Shown in pieces: positions 25,604 to 40,029 of a stretch of DNA of 64,000 nucleotides. This DNA is from Octopus vulgaris (taxonomy: Eukaryota): the NCBI GenBank assembly GCA_951406725.2, contig OX597831.1, positions 47,988,001 to 48,052,000 of the forward strand, in the 5' to 3' direction. The translations under genes were made by a program, and so were the position numbers. A model generated the notes under the pieces. It had not been told where the DNA came from. It saw only the letters and a list, made by a program, of their open reading frames with translations, and did not search any database. Numbering within the stretch: the stretch's first letter is position 1; every line of letters begins with the position of its first letter.

Positions 25604-26344
25604 ATCTACTATATATATATATATAACTCTGTTTATTTTATAGCACATAAATGATGGAAGATTGATGAAACCATTACAGTATGAAGTAAAATGCCTTTGC
25701 TGCATTAGGTCTGGTGCTTTATCTTTTGATATCAATCATCATTATCCTTTAATGTCCATTTTCCATGATAATATGGTTTGGACAGTTTGACAGGAGCTGA
25801 TCAGCAGGAGAGCTACACCAGGCTCCAATTGTCTGTAATACCAAGTACTTCACGGAGTGTGCTGCATATTTTTAACCTGACACCAGCATGGGTGCTTTTA
25901 TGTTTCACCTCTGTCTTTCTTCCTTGTGTAGTGTTGGGGGTTGATATAATCAACAGGTGTACGACATTTTGGTGCCACCTTTCTGATGCCACCTATTTCT
26001 TGCAGTTGATTTGATGATGACTTATTTGACCTGTCTTTTTAATATTTCTTTTGTTCTCTCCTTTCTTCCCTCTCTTCTTTTCCTTCTCCCTCTCTCTCTC
26101 ACACTGTGAGCATATGTCGCTTCATGTGTATGAGGAGAGCAAATGTGTTTCTGGCAGTTGTGTTCAATTAATAAATTGTAATGTCTCACTCTCTCACTCT
26201 CCCTCCCTCTGTCTCTCTGTCTCTGTCTCTCTCCATTCTATTTGTATTCCTATTTCTATGCATGCATTTGTGCATATGCATGTGTGTATGTGTGAGTGTG
26301 TTTGCTTCTAGTGTATGTCAAAACATATTTTATTTATTATTTAT

Positions 26345-26615
26345 GCACCCTTTTCAAGACTAGCCAGGCTCATGGGCCCAATTTCCTGGTTTCTGTGGCA
26401 TATGTGTTCCCCCAAGCTGGACCGGACGCCAGTTCATCGTAGCGCTACTCAAGAAACAGGAAGAAAGAGTGAGAGAAAGTTGAGGTGAAAGAGTACAACA
26501 GCAGTTGCCACCACCCCCTGCCGGAGCCTCGTGGATCTTTAGGTGTTTTCGTTCAATAAACACACACAACGCCCGGTCTGGGAATCAAAACCATGATCCT
26601 CCGACCGTGAGTCCA
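26345..26615 (-). mobile_element. SINE family C, 5'-clipped
   Basis: homologous to 30722-30890 (head) and 42530-42620 (tail). Confidence 0.8.
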
Positions 26616-26671
26616 TAATAACAATATCTTGCCATTGTTATATTATCAACCTATTAAACCCACGCATCCAT

Positions 26672-26789
26672 TCACCAAAAGAAAGAAAAAGAGAGGAGAT
26701 ATGAGGTGCAGAAAATGATGGTGGTGGCGATGGTGGTGATGGTAGTAATGGTGGAGTTATTCCTGAATATGTCACAGTGGTGTGCAGCT
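26672..26789 (-). other. Candidate terminal coding exon (GPI-anchor-signal-like peptide), unconfirmed
   Basis: acceptor tttctttatcaatttcAG, then AAHHCDIFRNNSTITTITTIATTIIFCTSYLLSFSFFW*; no partner exon established. Confidence 0.2.
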
Positions 26790-28804
26790 CTGAAATTGAT
26801 AAAGAAATGACAGTTAATATTAAAAAACAATTAATACATTATGACATTTTTTTAAATAAAATTATAATTGATGATGTTAGAATTAGGAAAGATATGAAGC
26901 CATTCATCATAGAAACTACTGGATATCATAGTTTAATATTAGCTGCCAAAGAAACCCAAAATTTTTCAGTGTTGGAAAATTTACTTTGCAACTTAGGCAT
27001 TGTTCAAAAGAATAAAAAGAATATGAATGATGTAGATCGTATTTGAATAATATTTCTTAAGAATAACTGTAATATATCACCATCTTGTCAATCTATTGTG
27101 AGAAAAATATGTTGGATTTTATAGAAACAATATTTCAAAATTGCATTATTGAATCTTTATCTCTTTATTCTTTCACTTTTGTATTCTGAAATCTGTTAGG
27201 TTTCAAAAATTAAGATTACATTAATATTATCTGTAAATATTAATATTGAATTATTTATATTTTGATTAATCAATTTATTTATTGATTTGATGTGGATTTC
27301 CCCTGGTATCAGTGGATTATAGTTTGTGATTAAGATTAGATTTAGTCCCTTAAATATTGACAACATTCAAATAATATTAGTTTCTGTCTGTGATACAATG
27401 CCAGAAATTTTAGTGAGAGGGTGTTGTCAATTAAGTCAAATCCAATATTTAATTGGTATTTGACATTATGTTGACTCCAGAAAGTTGACATTCAAATAAT
27501 ATTGATTTCCATCATAGGCACAGGGCAAAATATATTCTTCGATGAAGAGTATAATCAATTAAACTGATCCAACACTTAAGAACTACCTTGCTTTATTGAA
27601 ACTGAAAAGTTGAAAGGAAAGTTCACCGCCACAATTGAATCTGAACTCAGATCATAAAGCATATAACATTGAAATGAAAATGATTTACTGACAACATCAA
27701 AGTAAAAACCAGTTATTTCCTGATTTACTGTACACTAGAATCAATGGACATAATTTTTAGTATACTTTCAAACATCGTAAAATGTTGAATCACTAAGCTG
27801 TATCATTCCACATACAAAGAGGTAAGGACAAACTTAAACTTAGAGTACAAACAATATAATCAGCTGTAGAAACATTGCCAGATCAAATTGGAACCTGGTG
27901 CAACAACTGACGACTAAATGACCACTATGTGTTCATTCACCAATTTATAGAGTCCACCACAATGAAAGTGGGCAAAAAAAAAAGAGAAATTCCTGCACTA
28001 TGCTTTAAATCAGTCACATGATCAATGAACATTATTTCTCATTAGAATTAATTTTGGATCCAATATTCATTTTCTTTTGTGGAACTAGAAACTAGTATTC
28101 CAAGTAATACCATTTTAAATTATATCTATACGTTTTTTTTTCCGTTTGCTGCTACTGCTGATTGCCTGCCAAATTATAATAATATTGTGCTGCATACTGT
28201 GACAGTAGCTGGAACTTTATTCTATCCTTGGTAACACTAGTATGAAACCTAAAACCGAATTCTCGTTGAAACCTCTACAGTCAGACCTGCTTGTTCCACA
28301 TAGATATCGTCAGTCACCAGCAAGCTTGTAGCTGATGAGGACAGCCCTTTCATGAACCTTTGTTTCTGTTACAAAACCATAGAAGAAAACTTAGAGTACT
28401 ATTTGTCCTATGTAAACATGAAAATGTGGACATTAATATAAAATGATGGGGAATGAATCATTTCTCAGTTTTATCAATAGATGTAAATAACAATGATTGC
28501 TAAACAGTGGCTCTCAAAGTTGCTATGAGTAGCTTCTGAAATAATATTGGATTTTAATTTTATTTTTCCTAAAATAGCTCTAACATTCTATGTGAATTAT
28601 AAAGGATTAACTGTAAAAAGGAAAACACAATAAAAATCAACAATGATTAGAGATTAATCAGTCCATTTCAGTAATTAAAACTCTATAGCTTTATGCATTC
28701 TTATTTATAAATATAATTTCAGAAAAACAGATTAGTCAATCTATTTTAGTGATTAAAGTTGTGTAGGTATATATTTTCTTATAAATATAACTTAAAGATA
28801 TGTG

Positions 28805-28858
<54 letters not shown>

Positions 28859-30427
28859 CCAGCATCACATATATTTTTATTTATATGTAGGAGCTACAAC
28901 ATATGTGTGTATGTTTGTGTATTTGTATTGTAGCTTGTGGACATAAATAAAAATATCTTGTGTGACTCTGGGTCATCCCTCAATAAAAAAAAAAATCCCA
29001 CAAATTTCCTCAACTAAAATGCACCATTTTCACAGATATTAACATTCTGCTGTCCGTTTCCTATAAAATGCATCGTATTTAATTTGACAAACTGCTGTGC
29101 CTACAATAATTGTATATCTCCACAGCAGTAATTAAAAAGAAATCTCAAACTAAGCATTGCAGTTCTTCAGTGTTATCCAAATGACATACCATGAAACTGC
29201 TATCATCATCGAACTGGTAGGCACCTTAATTAACCCTGACCATAAGCAATCAAGCAAAATGTATACATTACCACAACAGTATTATCATAACAATGATATC
29301 ATAGACTGGATAGCTAGATACAGTATGCACATGTTGATTGGGTACATTTACATATTAATTGATAGCATGCTATAAACATAACATTACTTCCAGAAGGAAA
29401 GATAAATCATGTTAGTTATCTTTGTGGGTATGTCTTTAAGGCTTATGAGTTCCTCTTGCTTTACTGCAACTTCTACACAGTGGTGTCATACTACGCATTA
29501 TGTTACAGTGGTGTCAGGGTGGTTGACATGATTTAGTAGTGTTGGTATTACGGGAGGTGTTAGAGATTGTATATTAGTAGTAGTAGTAGGTGGAGAAATT
29601 AACGGTGTCAACCTGTTAGAGGCATGCTACAATGAAGCACTTACAAAGTAGCTTTGCAAGCAATGGAGAAGCCAATGATCTTACTGCATCAATAACATTA
29701 CCGTTATTAACAGATAAATTGGAGAATGATATTCAGGTTTTGTTCATTCAATTGATGCTCACAAATATTGTTCATCTTCATGTTAAATATAACATTTTGA
29801 TTTCCCTCTACTAAAATACATTGACAAATATAAAACCCTTATTTCCTCTCTACTCCAATACATTCAGAGATAAATATAATACTGTGGCTGTGAATTCCAA
29901 AAATATCCATGTGAATGGTCAAGATGATATGTATATGAAGTGTAGTCTCTTTTAACACAGAATGAAGGATAAATTACTATGGAATAGCACTTGAAACTGA
30001 TAGCTATGTCTTGAAAGTAGATACTGAAAACAGTTTGTGAATGTCATTCACACTTACAACTAAAATAGTAACTGCAATAAGAACACTTTTGCAAAGTAAA
30101 ACTCCCCGGAAATAGTTAATCTGTAGGTCAGAAGCTTCTCTCTTTTCTCTTTCAGTTGCTAAAATATTCATGATGTATGAAGAAAAAGAAAACTAAATTG
30201 AAAAACACACATTCCACTAATGTCTTCTAAACTGAAATTGTTTTCCATCTATAAGAAATGTTTCACTTCATAATAATATTCAATTTAATTAAATTTATAC
30301 ATTTTGAGCTACTTCATGCTGACAATTTCTTGTAAGAATGAAATGACACTATACATGATATCTAAGACTAAATATTTTGAGATATTCGTAATAAGTAAAC
30401 ATAAAAATTATTAAATATAATTTAATA

Positions 30428-31226
<799 letters not shown>

Positions 31227-31399
31227 ATACGTCTAATCTATCTTCCTTGCCCTTCGATCTAAAATTAAAAATTCTGACCACATCAAAACTGATCTAGAAA
31301 TGATTATCTCCCTTCCAATAACTGATAACCAGAGCATACTACATGTTTATGATATCCCAAATTCTCTTTACTAAAACCCATAGGATTTGTACAGAAACT

Positions 31400-31960
31400 T
31401 CTATCCATTGTCTGTTAGGAAAATTATGAACTTGAACAATTGCATGATGCTGATGAAAGTGGATTGTTTTGGCATGTATTGCTGGACAAAATATTTGATT
31501 CCACCAAGGAAAAGCAGCCATTGGGATATAAATTGCAGAAGGATGGTATTATGATTTTTCCTTGCAACAAAACCATCAGTGCTCATAAAATACTGCTTGT
31601 CTGCATCAGGCATTGTGTAACCCATATTGCATCAAGGACTGTGAAAAGAAACCATTTCTCTTGAAGTACAAATCACTGAACAAAGCATGAATGACATGTC
31701 AACATTTTCTTTCTGTTCTCTGAAAGAATATGTACCTACCTGTCTTCTGATTATATTTAGTATGCATTGAACTTGAGTAATATTTATTTCTGCTTGTTAA
31801 TAATGCAATGTCACACAACATGAAAAACTGTGAAGTGGAATCACTAAATGGAGCCGTGAAGTCTTTGTTTTGACACCTGAACACCACTTCATAGCTATAG
31901 CTATTTAATCAGGGAATCATTGCTGCAGTGAAGAAATATTGATGTGCCATTGTGTGCCAT
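31400..31960 (+). mobile_element. Decayed pogo/Tigger (CENP-B/jerky-type DDE) transposase
   Basis: DADESGLFWHVLLDK..EKQPLGYKLQKDGIMIFPC..AHK and LLVNNAMSH..LNTTS*L*LFNQGIIAAVKKY match NADETGLFW / LLDNAP.H / PNTT..QP.DQG; stops and frameshifts present. Confidence 0.85.
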
Positions 31961-32383
31961 CATCCAGAAAGACAATGAATACAAAGGACTGCCTCAAAGT
32001 ATTGAGTCATTCATAGACAAGGACACTTTATTCATGATTCCTAATTGGGGGATCACAAGCAATCAGTTGTGTGATTTGATGGCATAAAAATCTTTTCTAA
32101 AATATATTTTTTTATGGCATTGTGTTAAATATTTCTTTTATTGTTACAATCAGTTCAGTTATCCAAATAAAATACTTTCCACCCATTTCATTCAAATAAC
32201 AGAGATCTCTTTGCATAATATCTTATTTCAGCTGTGTCATTCAGAAGCTTGCTTTTCAAGCATATGGCTTTGGGTTCAGTCTCACTGTATGGCACATTGG
32301 GCAAGTGTATTCTTCTATAGCCTTAGGTTAACCAACACCTTGTAAGTGAATTTGGTAGACAGAATATATATGAAAACCAGTCA

Positions 32384-32435
<52 letters not shown>

Positions 32436-32439
32436 TTAA

Positions 32440-32522
<83 letters not shown>

Positions 32523-32526
<4 letters not shown>

Positions 32527-32692
32527 AGAATTCACAAAAAAAAGTCAGGTGGTGTAGACAACAACCAGATATATTAGTATAATGCTCGGGAAGTGAAAAC
32601 GCTTTAATGTTTTGAGCCTACACTCTTCCACAGAAAGGAACACAGAAAGAAACAAGGAGAGAAAATAAAGAATGAGTAGTGGCTAGTGACAC
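32523..32692 (-). mobile_element. Penelope-like terminal fragment (partial paralog at 12405-12500)
   Basis: shared gagaattcacaaaaaa..gtgtagacaac..gctcgggaagtgaaaa; minus strand gaagagtgtaggctcaaaac is a decayed hammerhead-like core; sits in (TA)n. Confidence 0.5.
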
Positions 32693-32789
32693 ACAAACAT
32701 ATATATATATACATACTTATACATATGTGTGTGTGTGTATACATATATATATATATATAGATTAATGTGTGTGTGTGTGTGTATTATTG

Positions 32790-33070
32790 CATCAACCAGA
32801 CTGTCAAATGTTATGTACTGTTGGTCACAATGCACTTCCTCACTTCTTTTTAGCCTTTGAATGACACCATTCTCTTAGCCAGCAAAGCAGGCCAACAAAC
32901 TCCATGCCAAACCATTACAGGATTACCCCTTTGCAGTTGAGTGGACTGGGCCAATATGAAATTAAGTGTTTTGCTCAAGAATGTAATGCAACTCCCGTCT
33001 GGAATTTGAAGCCATGATCTTATGATCGCAGGCACTACACCAAAACTACTCAGCCACATGCCTTCACATG
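32790..33070 (-). mobile_element. SINE family E
   Basis: reverse complement of the 59888-60158 type (atgtgaaggcatgtggc head; cttgagcaaaacactt core). Confidence 0.75.
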
Positions 33071-33261
33071 TATATATGTATGTATGCATCTACACGTGTA
33101 TGTATGTATGTATGTATGTATGTATGTATGTATGTATGTATGTATGTATGTATGTATGTATGTATATGTGTATGTATGTATGTATGAATGTGTGTGTCTT
33201 TGTTTTTGAAGTTGTTCCCTGCCCCCATACCAATAAACAACCAGTGTTGGTTTGTTTACTA

Positions 33262-34169
33262 TTGAGGTGAGTCGAAAGCTTTGCAATATTTGCATACATG
33301 CCAGTTTGTGGTGTGTATACCACATGACTGAAGCAGTTCAAGCCGTGGAAGATACCTGCTGAGGTTGGTAGTATCATAGTAGTTGGTGTGATGACACATT
33401 GTGTTGCTCCCCTCGTATGTGATTTTAAAGCTGCACAGAGGATTGTGCAATGTAGACTAATTCAGGAACTTATTTTTATGAGTTTGAACTGAGCCATAAT
33501 GATGTGGAAGCAACCAAAAATATTTGTTGTATGAAAGGTGAAGGTGTAGTTGATCATAGTATAGTAAGCAGATGGTTAAAAAAATTTTGCTTGGATTACA
33601 AAAATCTCAACGATCAGGCAAGGTCATGGCCTAAAACTGTAGATTCCAAGGCCATGATCCAAACCATAGAGGCAAATCCTGTGAATAGCACTTGGAGAGT
33701 ATCAGGCAAGCTCAGTATCTCACAGACATTTAGTCATTGTGCAGCGAGAGAAAGCAAACTTTTCTGCGAAAAGAAAATGCGAAACCTAATACTACTCAAA
33801 TGATCCAGAATAAACTTCAGAAACTTGATGGAATTAAACTCTCTTGCATATTACTTGTTCTGATCCATGCACTTATGATGCTTCATCTTGCACTCATGAC
33901 CTCTTGCACTCCTGACCTCTTGCACACATGACCTCTTGCACGCATGATGGTTCATCAACTAAGAGTAGGTGGAAGATTCAATGAAGGAGGTCTGTGCCTC
34001 CAAGGACAAAAACTAGTATCAGCCTAGAATCAAAGAACTGGCAGAAAGATGGCTTCAGATGGTTGCAACACAATGGCCTCTACTTTGAATGCTAGGCTGC
34101 TTTTGTTGTAACTTGACAAATAAAGCAAATAAATTACCAAAATATTGCAAAATTTTCAACTCAGCACAA
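33262..34169 (+). mobile_element. Internally deleted mariner transposon
   Basis: TIRs ttgaggtgagtcgaaagctttgcaatatt / aatattgcaaaattttcaactcagcacaa with TA on both sides; YEFELSHNDVEATKNIC..GEGVV..VSRWLKKF..LNDQARS (HTH), ENAKPNT..IQNKL, IKELAERWLQ. Confidence 0.92.
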
Positions 34170-34317
34170 TAAATACTGTGGTTGATTTGTTCAACTAACA
34201 CCTCAATGCAGTGCATCAGTATGTCTGCAGTCCAATGACTAAAGCAAGTAAAAGATACAAGAACATTTGACAGATAAATATAATATGCTGTTTTTCTTGG
34301 ATGAAATACATTACATA

Positions 34318-34482
34318 AGCATAGGAGTGGCTGTGTGATAAGTAGCTTGCTTACAAACCACATGGTCCCGGGTTCAGTCCCATTGCATGGCACCTTGAGC
34401 AAGTGTCTTCTACTATAGTCTTGGGCCAACCAAAGCCTTGTGAGTGGATTTGGTAGATGGAAACTGAAAGAAGCCTGTCAAA

Positions 34483-34560
<78 letters not shown>

Positions 34561-34768
34561 CTTGTGCATCTGTGTTTGTCCCCCCAACATCGCTTGACAA
34601 CTGATGCTGGTGTGTTTATGTTCCTGTAACTTAGCAGTTCAGCAAAAGAGACTGATAGAATAAGTATTAGGCTTACAAAGAATAAGTCCTGGGGTCGATT
34701 TGCTCGACTAAAAAAGGCGGTGCTCCAGCATGGCCACAGTCAAATGACTGAAACAAGTAAAAGAGAGA
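34318..34768 (+). mobile_element. SINE family B, full length
   Basis: matches 15738-16180. Confidence 0.9.
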
Positions 34769-34770
34769 TA

Positions 34771-35165
34771 TCTTTATATATAAAAGTGAGGTTGTGTGCT
34801 GTCTGTCTCCTATGATTTAGATTCCTAACTACTCCCACATTTTGCGGTGCAGTTTAACCAAAACCGGGTATCTTATAGTCATGATTCATATCGAGCCCTT
34901 CTAGATATTAGCGCGCATCTACGATGAGTCTACGATTTAAAAAAAAATTTACCATCAATTTTTCCCATTTTTAATGCATTTTTGGCATATATAAGGGAAG
35001 TAACTCTCTAAAAATTTATTATTAAATCTCAGAACGTAAAAAGCTACAGTAACACCCCCCTTTGTGGTTAGCCATATTGAGATGGCTATTATACTTTACA
35101 TCTCTAAAAATGCTTATATAGTTATTTCCCTTACAAACCCGAGCAACGCCGGGCGATACTGCTAG
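34771..35165 (+). mobile_element. Non-autonomous Helitron, complete
   Basis: 5' TC after A, 3' CTAG before T, subterminal GC hairpin cccgagcaacgccggg (35138-35153), no TSD. Confidence 0.88.
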
Positions 35166-36176
35166 TCACATATAAATACAAAATATTTCACCCTTTATAA
35201 CTTTCAAAATTTAGGAAGAATTAATTAATCCCCACTGATTCTCAGTAAATGTCCATCTCATTTTTGTGAAGATATTTGCTAAAAATGTCATGATTGTTTC
35301 ATTTTGTTACTTAATTCAATAAATGTTATTTGTTTTGCTTTGTCAGTTTTAATAAATGATATTTTAAACTTGTCATATCTAAAGAGTGGGAGTAAAATAG
35401 AAATCAAATTAAGAAGAGACAAAACACAGTTGTAAGTGAATACTGCTTTTGGTATTTAGAATGCTTCATATCTTGTGAATATGTTAATAAGTTACTTCTA
35501 ATATATGAAACAGAGTAAGCTGTAATAAGGAAGATCTCAGTAAAAATCTCAAAAGGGTTGATGTTAATGTCAAGACTGCATTATAATCTGTAAAAAGTTT
35601 TGATATGTTATCCACTTCAAACTGTTGAAGAACGTTGCTATTATCAATAAAATATCATGGATATTACTTTAGATAGCAACTGTATTTCAATAACATCAAC
35701 AGCTATTCAGCAGACATTTGTAAATATTCATTAGAAAATGGAGACAAAATTCTCTAAACTCATTATAACTTAGGGAAGTCACAGGTGCTTTCTTCTGATT
35801 AGACTCTTCAAATATATACTTCTTATCAATTTTTAATATATTTTTGTTCTCAAGGGAATAATGGTAAAATTTATTTTTTATTATACCCAGCTTCAGTTCC
35901 TTTTCACATTTTGGTCAAAATTCTAATCCTGGAAATTATTTTAATGCAATATGGAAATGATATTCCTGAATATTTTTTGTCTGCATGAGGAAAAGAATGC
36001 ATATAGGCACAGGTGTGACTGTGTGGTAAGAAGCTTGCTTCCCAACCTCGGGGTTGTGGAGTCAGTCCCACTGTGTGACACCTTGGGCAAGTGTCTTCAA
36101 CTATAGCCACAAGCTGATGAAAACCTGCTGAATGAATTTGGCTGATGGAAACTAAAGAAAGCTGTTTGTATATATA

Positions 36177-36233
<57 letters not shown>

Positions 36234-36277
36234 TATATATATATATGTATATATGTATATATGTATATATATCTATG

Positions 36278-36512
36278 TAAAAAGCACCAACCGATTGCCA
36301 GCCTCCCCTGGTACCTGTGCCGGTGGCACGTAAAAAGCACCCACTACACTCATGGAGTGGTTGGTGTTAGGAAGGGCATCCAGCTGTAGAAACACTGCCA
36401 GATCAGACTGGAGCCTGGTGCAGCCTCTTGGCTTCCCAGACTCCAGTCGAACCGTCAAACCCATGCTAGCATGGAAAACGGACGTTAAATGATAATGATG
36501 ATGATGATGATG
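36278..36512 (+). mobile_element. Family D retroposon, 5'-truncated
   Basis: 2 array units, the conserved 3' end and a (GAT)n tail. Confidence 0.85.
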
Positions 36513-36624
36513 TTGTATATATATATATATGTATATTTATGTATTTACATATATGTATATATATATATATATAAAATTAATATAAACAGCAAGCTGCAAT
36601 GTTTCACCAAAAAACAGAATTATA

Positions 36625-36802
36625 ATTGGTTACTAAATGTGCAAAAAACACCTATATTGCTAGAAATAAGAGCTAAAATGCTCTGATGCTGTAGTTAACA
36701 CTCATAAATGAAAACATACACACTAACTGGGAACAATTATTTTAGCTCTTATTTCTAGCTATGTAGGTGTTTTTTAACACTCTAGTCACATTTAGTGACT
36801 AT

Positions 36803-36805
<3 letters not shown>
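36625..36805. repeat. Imperfect inverted repeat between (TA)n tracts
   Basis: aaaaaacacctatattgctagaaataagagctaaaat / attttagctcttatttctagctatgtaggtgtttttt, plus outer tactaaatgtg/cacatttagtg. Confidence 0.75.
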
Positions 36806-36847
<42 letters not shown>

Positions 36848-37110
36848 TTCAATTTTTTAAATGGATATAAATTTTAATGTATTAATTAATTTATATTTTG
36901 CATATAATTATTTACCCTATTTATTTAGACTCTGTCCTTTGATTAAAGGTTTTCTTCGATTTTATAATAAGATGATTTTATACAGAATTTTGTTCATTTC
37001 ATACTTAAGACCATTAGTTGAAAGGACCAAAGGAATAAAACCATTTTAAAATGTGTATCCATTAAACTAATTTTATGCTTGCTTCTAACCTTATTTCTGT
37101 TCCATTCTAA

Positions 37111-37161
37111 ACAAAACTGTCTGATGAACATGAACGTGAAACTCTGAGTAACAGTTTTTGT
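37111..37161 (+). ncRNA. Minimal type-I hammerhead ribozyme motif with intact catalytic core
   Basis: acaaaactgt-CTGATGA-ac atgaac gt-GAAAC-tctga-GTA-acagtttttgt; AATAAA ~20 nt downstream; element 36845-37187 lies between (TA)n tracts. Confidence 0.7.
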
Positions 37162-37186
37162 GATAGTTCTGTTGCTTTTCAATAAA

Positions 37187-37324
<138 letters not shown>

Positions 37325-38090
37325 CTATTTATTTATTTATTTATTTGTATGCATGTAAAATATGCAACTATGTATATTCATTCTTTTGAGTAATATCAGA
37401 TTGTTGTTTTGTTTTTTAAGAATAATTGGTTTACAATGTAATTAACTTTCACTGACAAGCTTACATAAGTCATTTCACACTACACACCAACAGGCTAATA
37501 ACGTTTTATGTCCAGTGGACATCATTAAGCCGAGTATGTTATTTTCGATTAACGTTTCTGGTGACAATCGATTATTTTTAAAGGATGTCTATTAATAACT
37601 TTATTTTAAAACCGCGTGTGGCAGTTGGATAAAAAGTTAGAATCTCTGGTCGTTGTTGAAAGAATATTCAAGCCCAGAATAGCTGTAATCTGTCATATAG
37701 GTAATCACATGTCCCAACAATAAACAAAACAATGTATGTATAAGCCAGCATTAGCCAATCATCTGACATGATTTATTAATGTTTTTCTCTCTTCGAGTTT
37801 GTTTCTTGGGTACATTTTTCTGGGTTTTTTTTTTGTTTTTTTTTCCTTCTCAACTAAATTTTATATTAGTTCTTATACTGAATTGGTTTACTATATTTAA
37901 CAGTATTTTTCAATTCACTGTTGCATTGTCAGGAGTTGTTTTTTATTTATTTTATGCATAATTAATTCTGCATAAACCAGCACCATCCTCACCCCATTGG
38001 TTGCTTTTTTAACACTGGTCATTTTAATGTCTTCTCATTCATCATCATCATCATCAACATCATCATCATCATTATCATTATTAATATTAA

Positions 38091-38141
<51 letters not shown>

Positions 38142-38148
38142 CATTATT

Positions 38149-38295
38149 ATTCAGTAGTTTTATTTTTATAATGTGCTTTCACTTCACTACCAAGCGCAGC
38201 TCTGTGTGACTTGGGTATGTGCTGTGGTTTGCTATGATGTTCTTATGGTTACTGTATTATTATTTTTATCATTATCATCATCATTATCATTATTA

Positions 38296-38363
<68 letters not shown>

Positions 38364-38470
38364 TAGTTTTATTTTTATAATGTGCTTTCACTTCACTACC
38401 GAGCGCAGCTCTGTGTGACTTGGGTATGTGCTGTGGTTTGCTATGATGTTCTTATGGTTACTGTATTATT
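38149..38470 (-). mobile_element. Two tandem copies of a LINE 3'-UTR stub (Dong/R4-like, in (TAA)n)
   Basis: 38149-38260 and 38359-38470 differ at one base; the minus-strand end runs into (AAT)n. Confidence 0.7.
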
Positions 38471-38492
38471 ATTTTTATCATTATCATCATCA

Positions 38493-38545
<53 letters not shown>

Positions 38546-38815
38546 GTTAGGGTAAAGTGGTGAGCTGAATCAGATACTTAGCAGCATTATTTTCGGTTCT
38601 TTATGTTCAGAGTTCAAATCCTGCTGAGGTTAACTTTATTTACATCCTGTTGGGATCAATAAAATAAGTACCAGTTGAGCATTAGGGTCAATGTAATCAA
38701 GTAGACTCTTCTCCAAAAATGCATATCAGGAGAATTCTTCTTCTTCTTCTTCTTCTTCTTCTTCTTCTTCTTCTTCTTCTTCTTCTTCTTCTTCTTCTTC
38801 TTCTTCTTCTTCTTC

Positions 38816-38846
<31 letters not shown>

Positions 38847-39242
38847 TACTATTATTAGGGCAGTTAGTTGGCTGAATTATTAGCACATGGGATGAAATGC
38901 TTAGTTATGTTTTCTTTACGTTGTGAGTTCAAATCCCACCATAGTAAACTTTGACTTCATTCTTTTCAAGTTTCATAAAATAAAGTACTGAACAAGTACT
39001 GAGCTCAATGTCATCAACTTGCCCCTTCCCTCCAAATTGCTGATCTTAAGCCAGAATTACAAAGAGTAATTATTGCTATTCGACTGTACTCAGAATTGGA
39101 CTCATTCCTGGTAGAATTGAAGAATTGAAGAATGGGTAGCAGGTTACTGCTTGTAACCTTAGATATTCACTTGGCTTCAATAAGCCAAAATATTTCTGAT
39201 GATCTTTCCTGTTCCTAAGAGGTAACATTTCTGTAGAAATTT

Positions 39243-39635
39243 GTGGCTGTGTAGTAAGAAGCTTGCTTCTTAATCTCATGGTTCTGGGTTCAGTCCCACT
39301 GCACGGCACCTTGGGCAAGTGCCTTCTACCATTGCCTCAGGCTGACCAAATCCTTGTGAGTGGTTTTGGTGGAGGGAAACTGAAAGAAGCCCATTGTATA
39401 TATGCATATATCTATGTGTGTGTGTCATTCTGTCTGTTTTTGTCCCCCGCCACTGCTTGACAACTGGTGTTGGTGTGTTTACGTCCTTGTAACTTAGTAG
39501 TTTGGCAAAAGAGACCAACAGAATAAGTACCAGGCTTATGAAAAATAAGTACTGTTGTCGATTCATTTGACTAAAAATTCTTCAAGGTGGTGCCCCAGCA
39601 TGGCCACAGTCTAATTATAAGTAAAAGGTAAAAGA
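39243..39635 (+). mobile_element. SINE family B
   Basis: head, core and tail recognisable. Confidence 0.85.
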
Positions 39636-40029
39636 CAACATCCCATTTCAATCTCCTTTAATCATTTGTCTATTTCATCACTCACAGCCCTTAATACACC
39701 AATTATCACAGGTAACACCTTTACAAATTACATGTTCCAAATCCTTTCAATCACATATTTTAAGGGGTTGTATTTTATCACCTTTTCATTTTCCTTCTCT
39801 ACAATCCCAGGATCAAATGAACACAATAGATCAGTCAGCAACCAAATTCAATTTTTGTTGTTTACATTTGCGATACCTGGCTTCTTCTGTTCTATTTTCT
39901 CATCTTTTTCAATTGGAAAATTCCACAAAATCTTGCATTTATCTTACTTAAGTACTTTTATTACTCTTTTATCTGATGATTATACAATGTGCTTTCAGTT
40001 TCACTTGAGAAGGTAACAGTGTCAGCTGT

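Larger units (their letters stand above)
32230..34260 (+). mobile_element. Old SINE family B expanded by three nested insertions
   Basis: head 32230-32385, tail pieces 33190-33259 and 34172-34260. Confidence 0.7.

Noticed and set aside
26777-27046. 89-aa plus-strand ORF
   Set aside because: GTG start, AT-rich, no recognisable motif or splice context.
29647-29811. Minus-strand AG...GTAAGT-bounded segment
   Set aside because: Stops occur in all three frames, and such motifs arise by chance in AT-rich DNA.
35560-35920. Possible hAT transposase remnant on the minus strand
   Set aside because: Only vague similarity (LKL..F.H, NPF); not supportable without a search.
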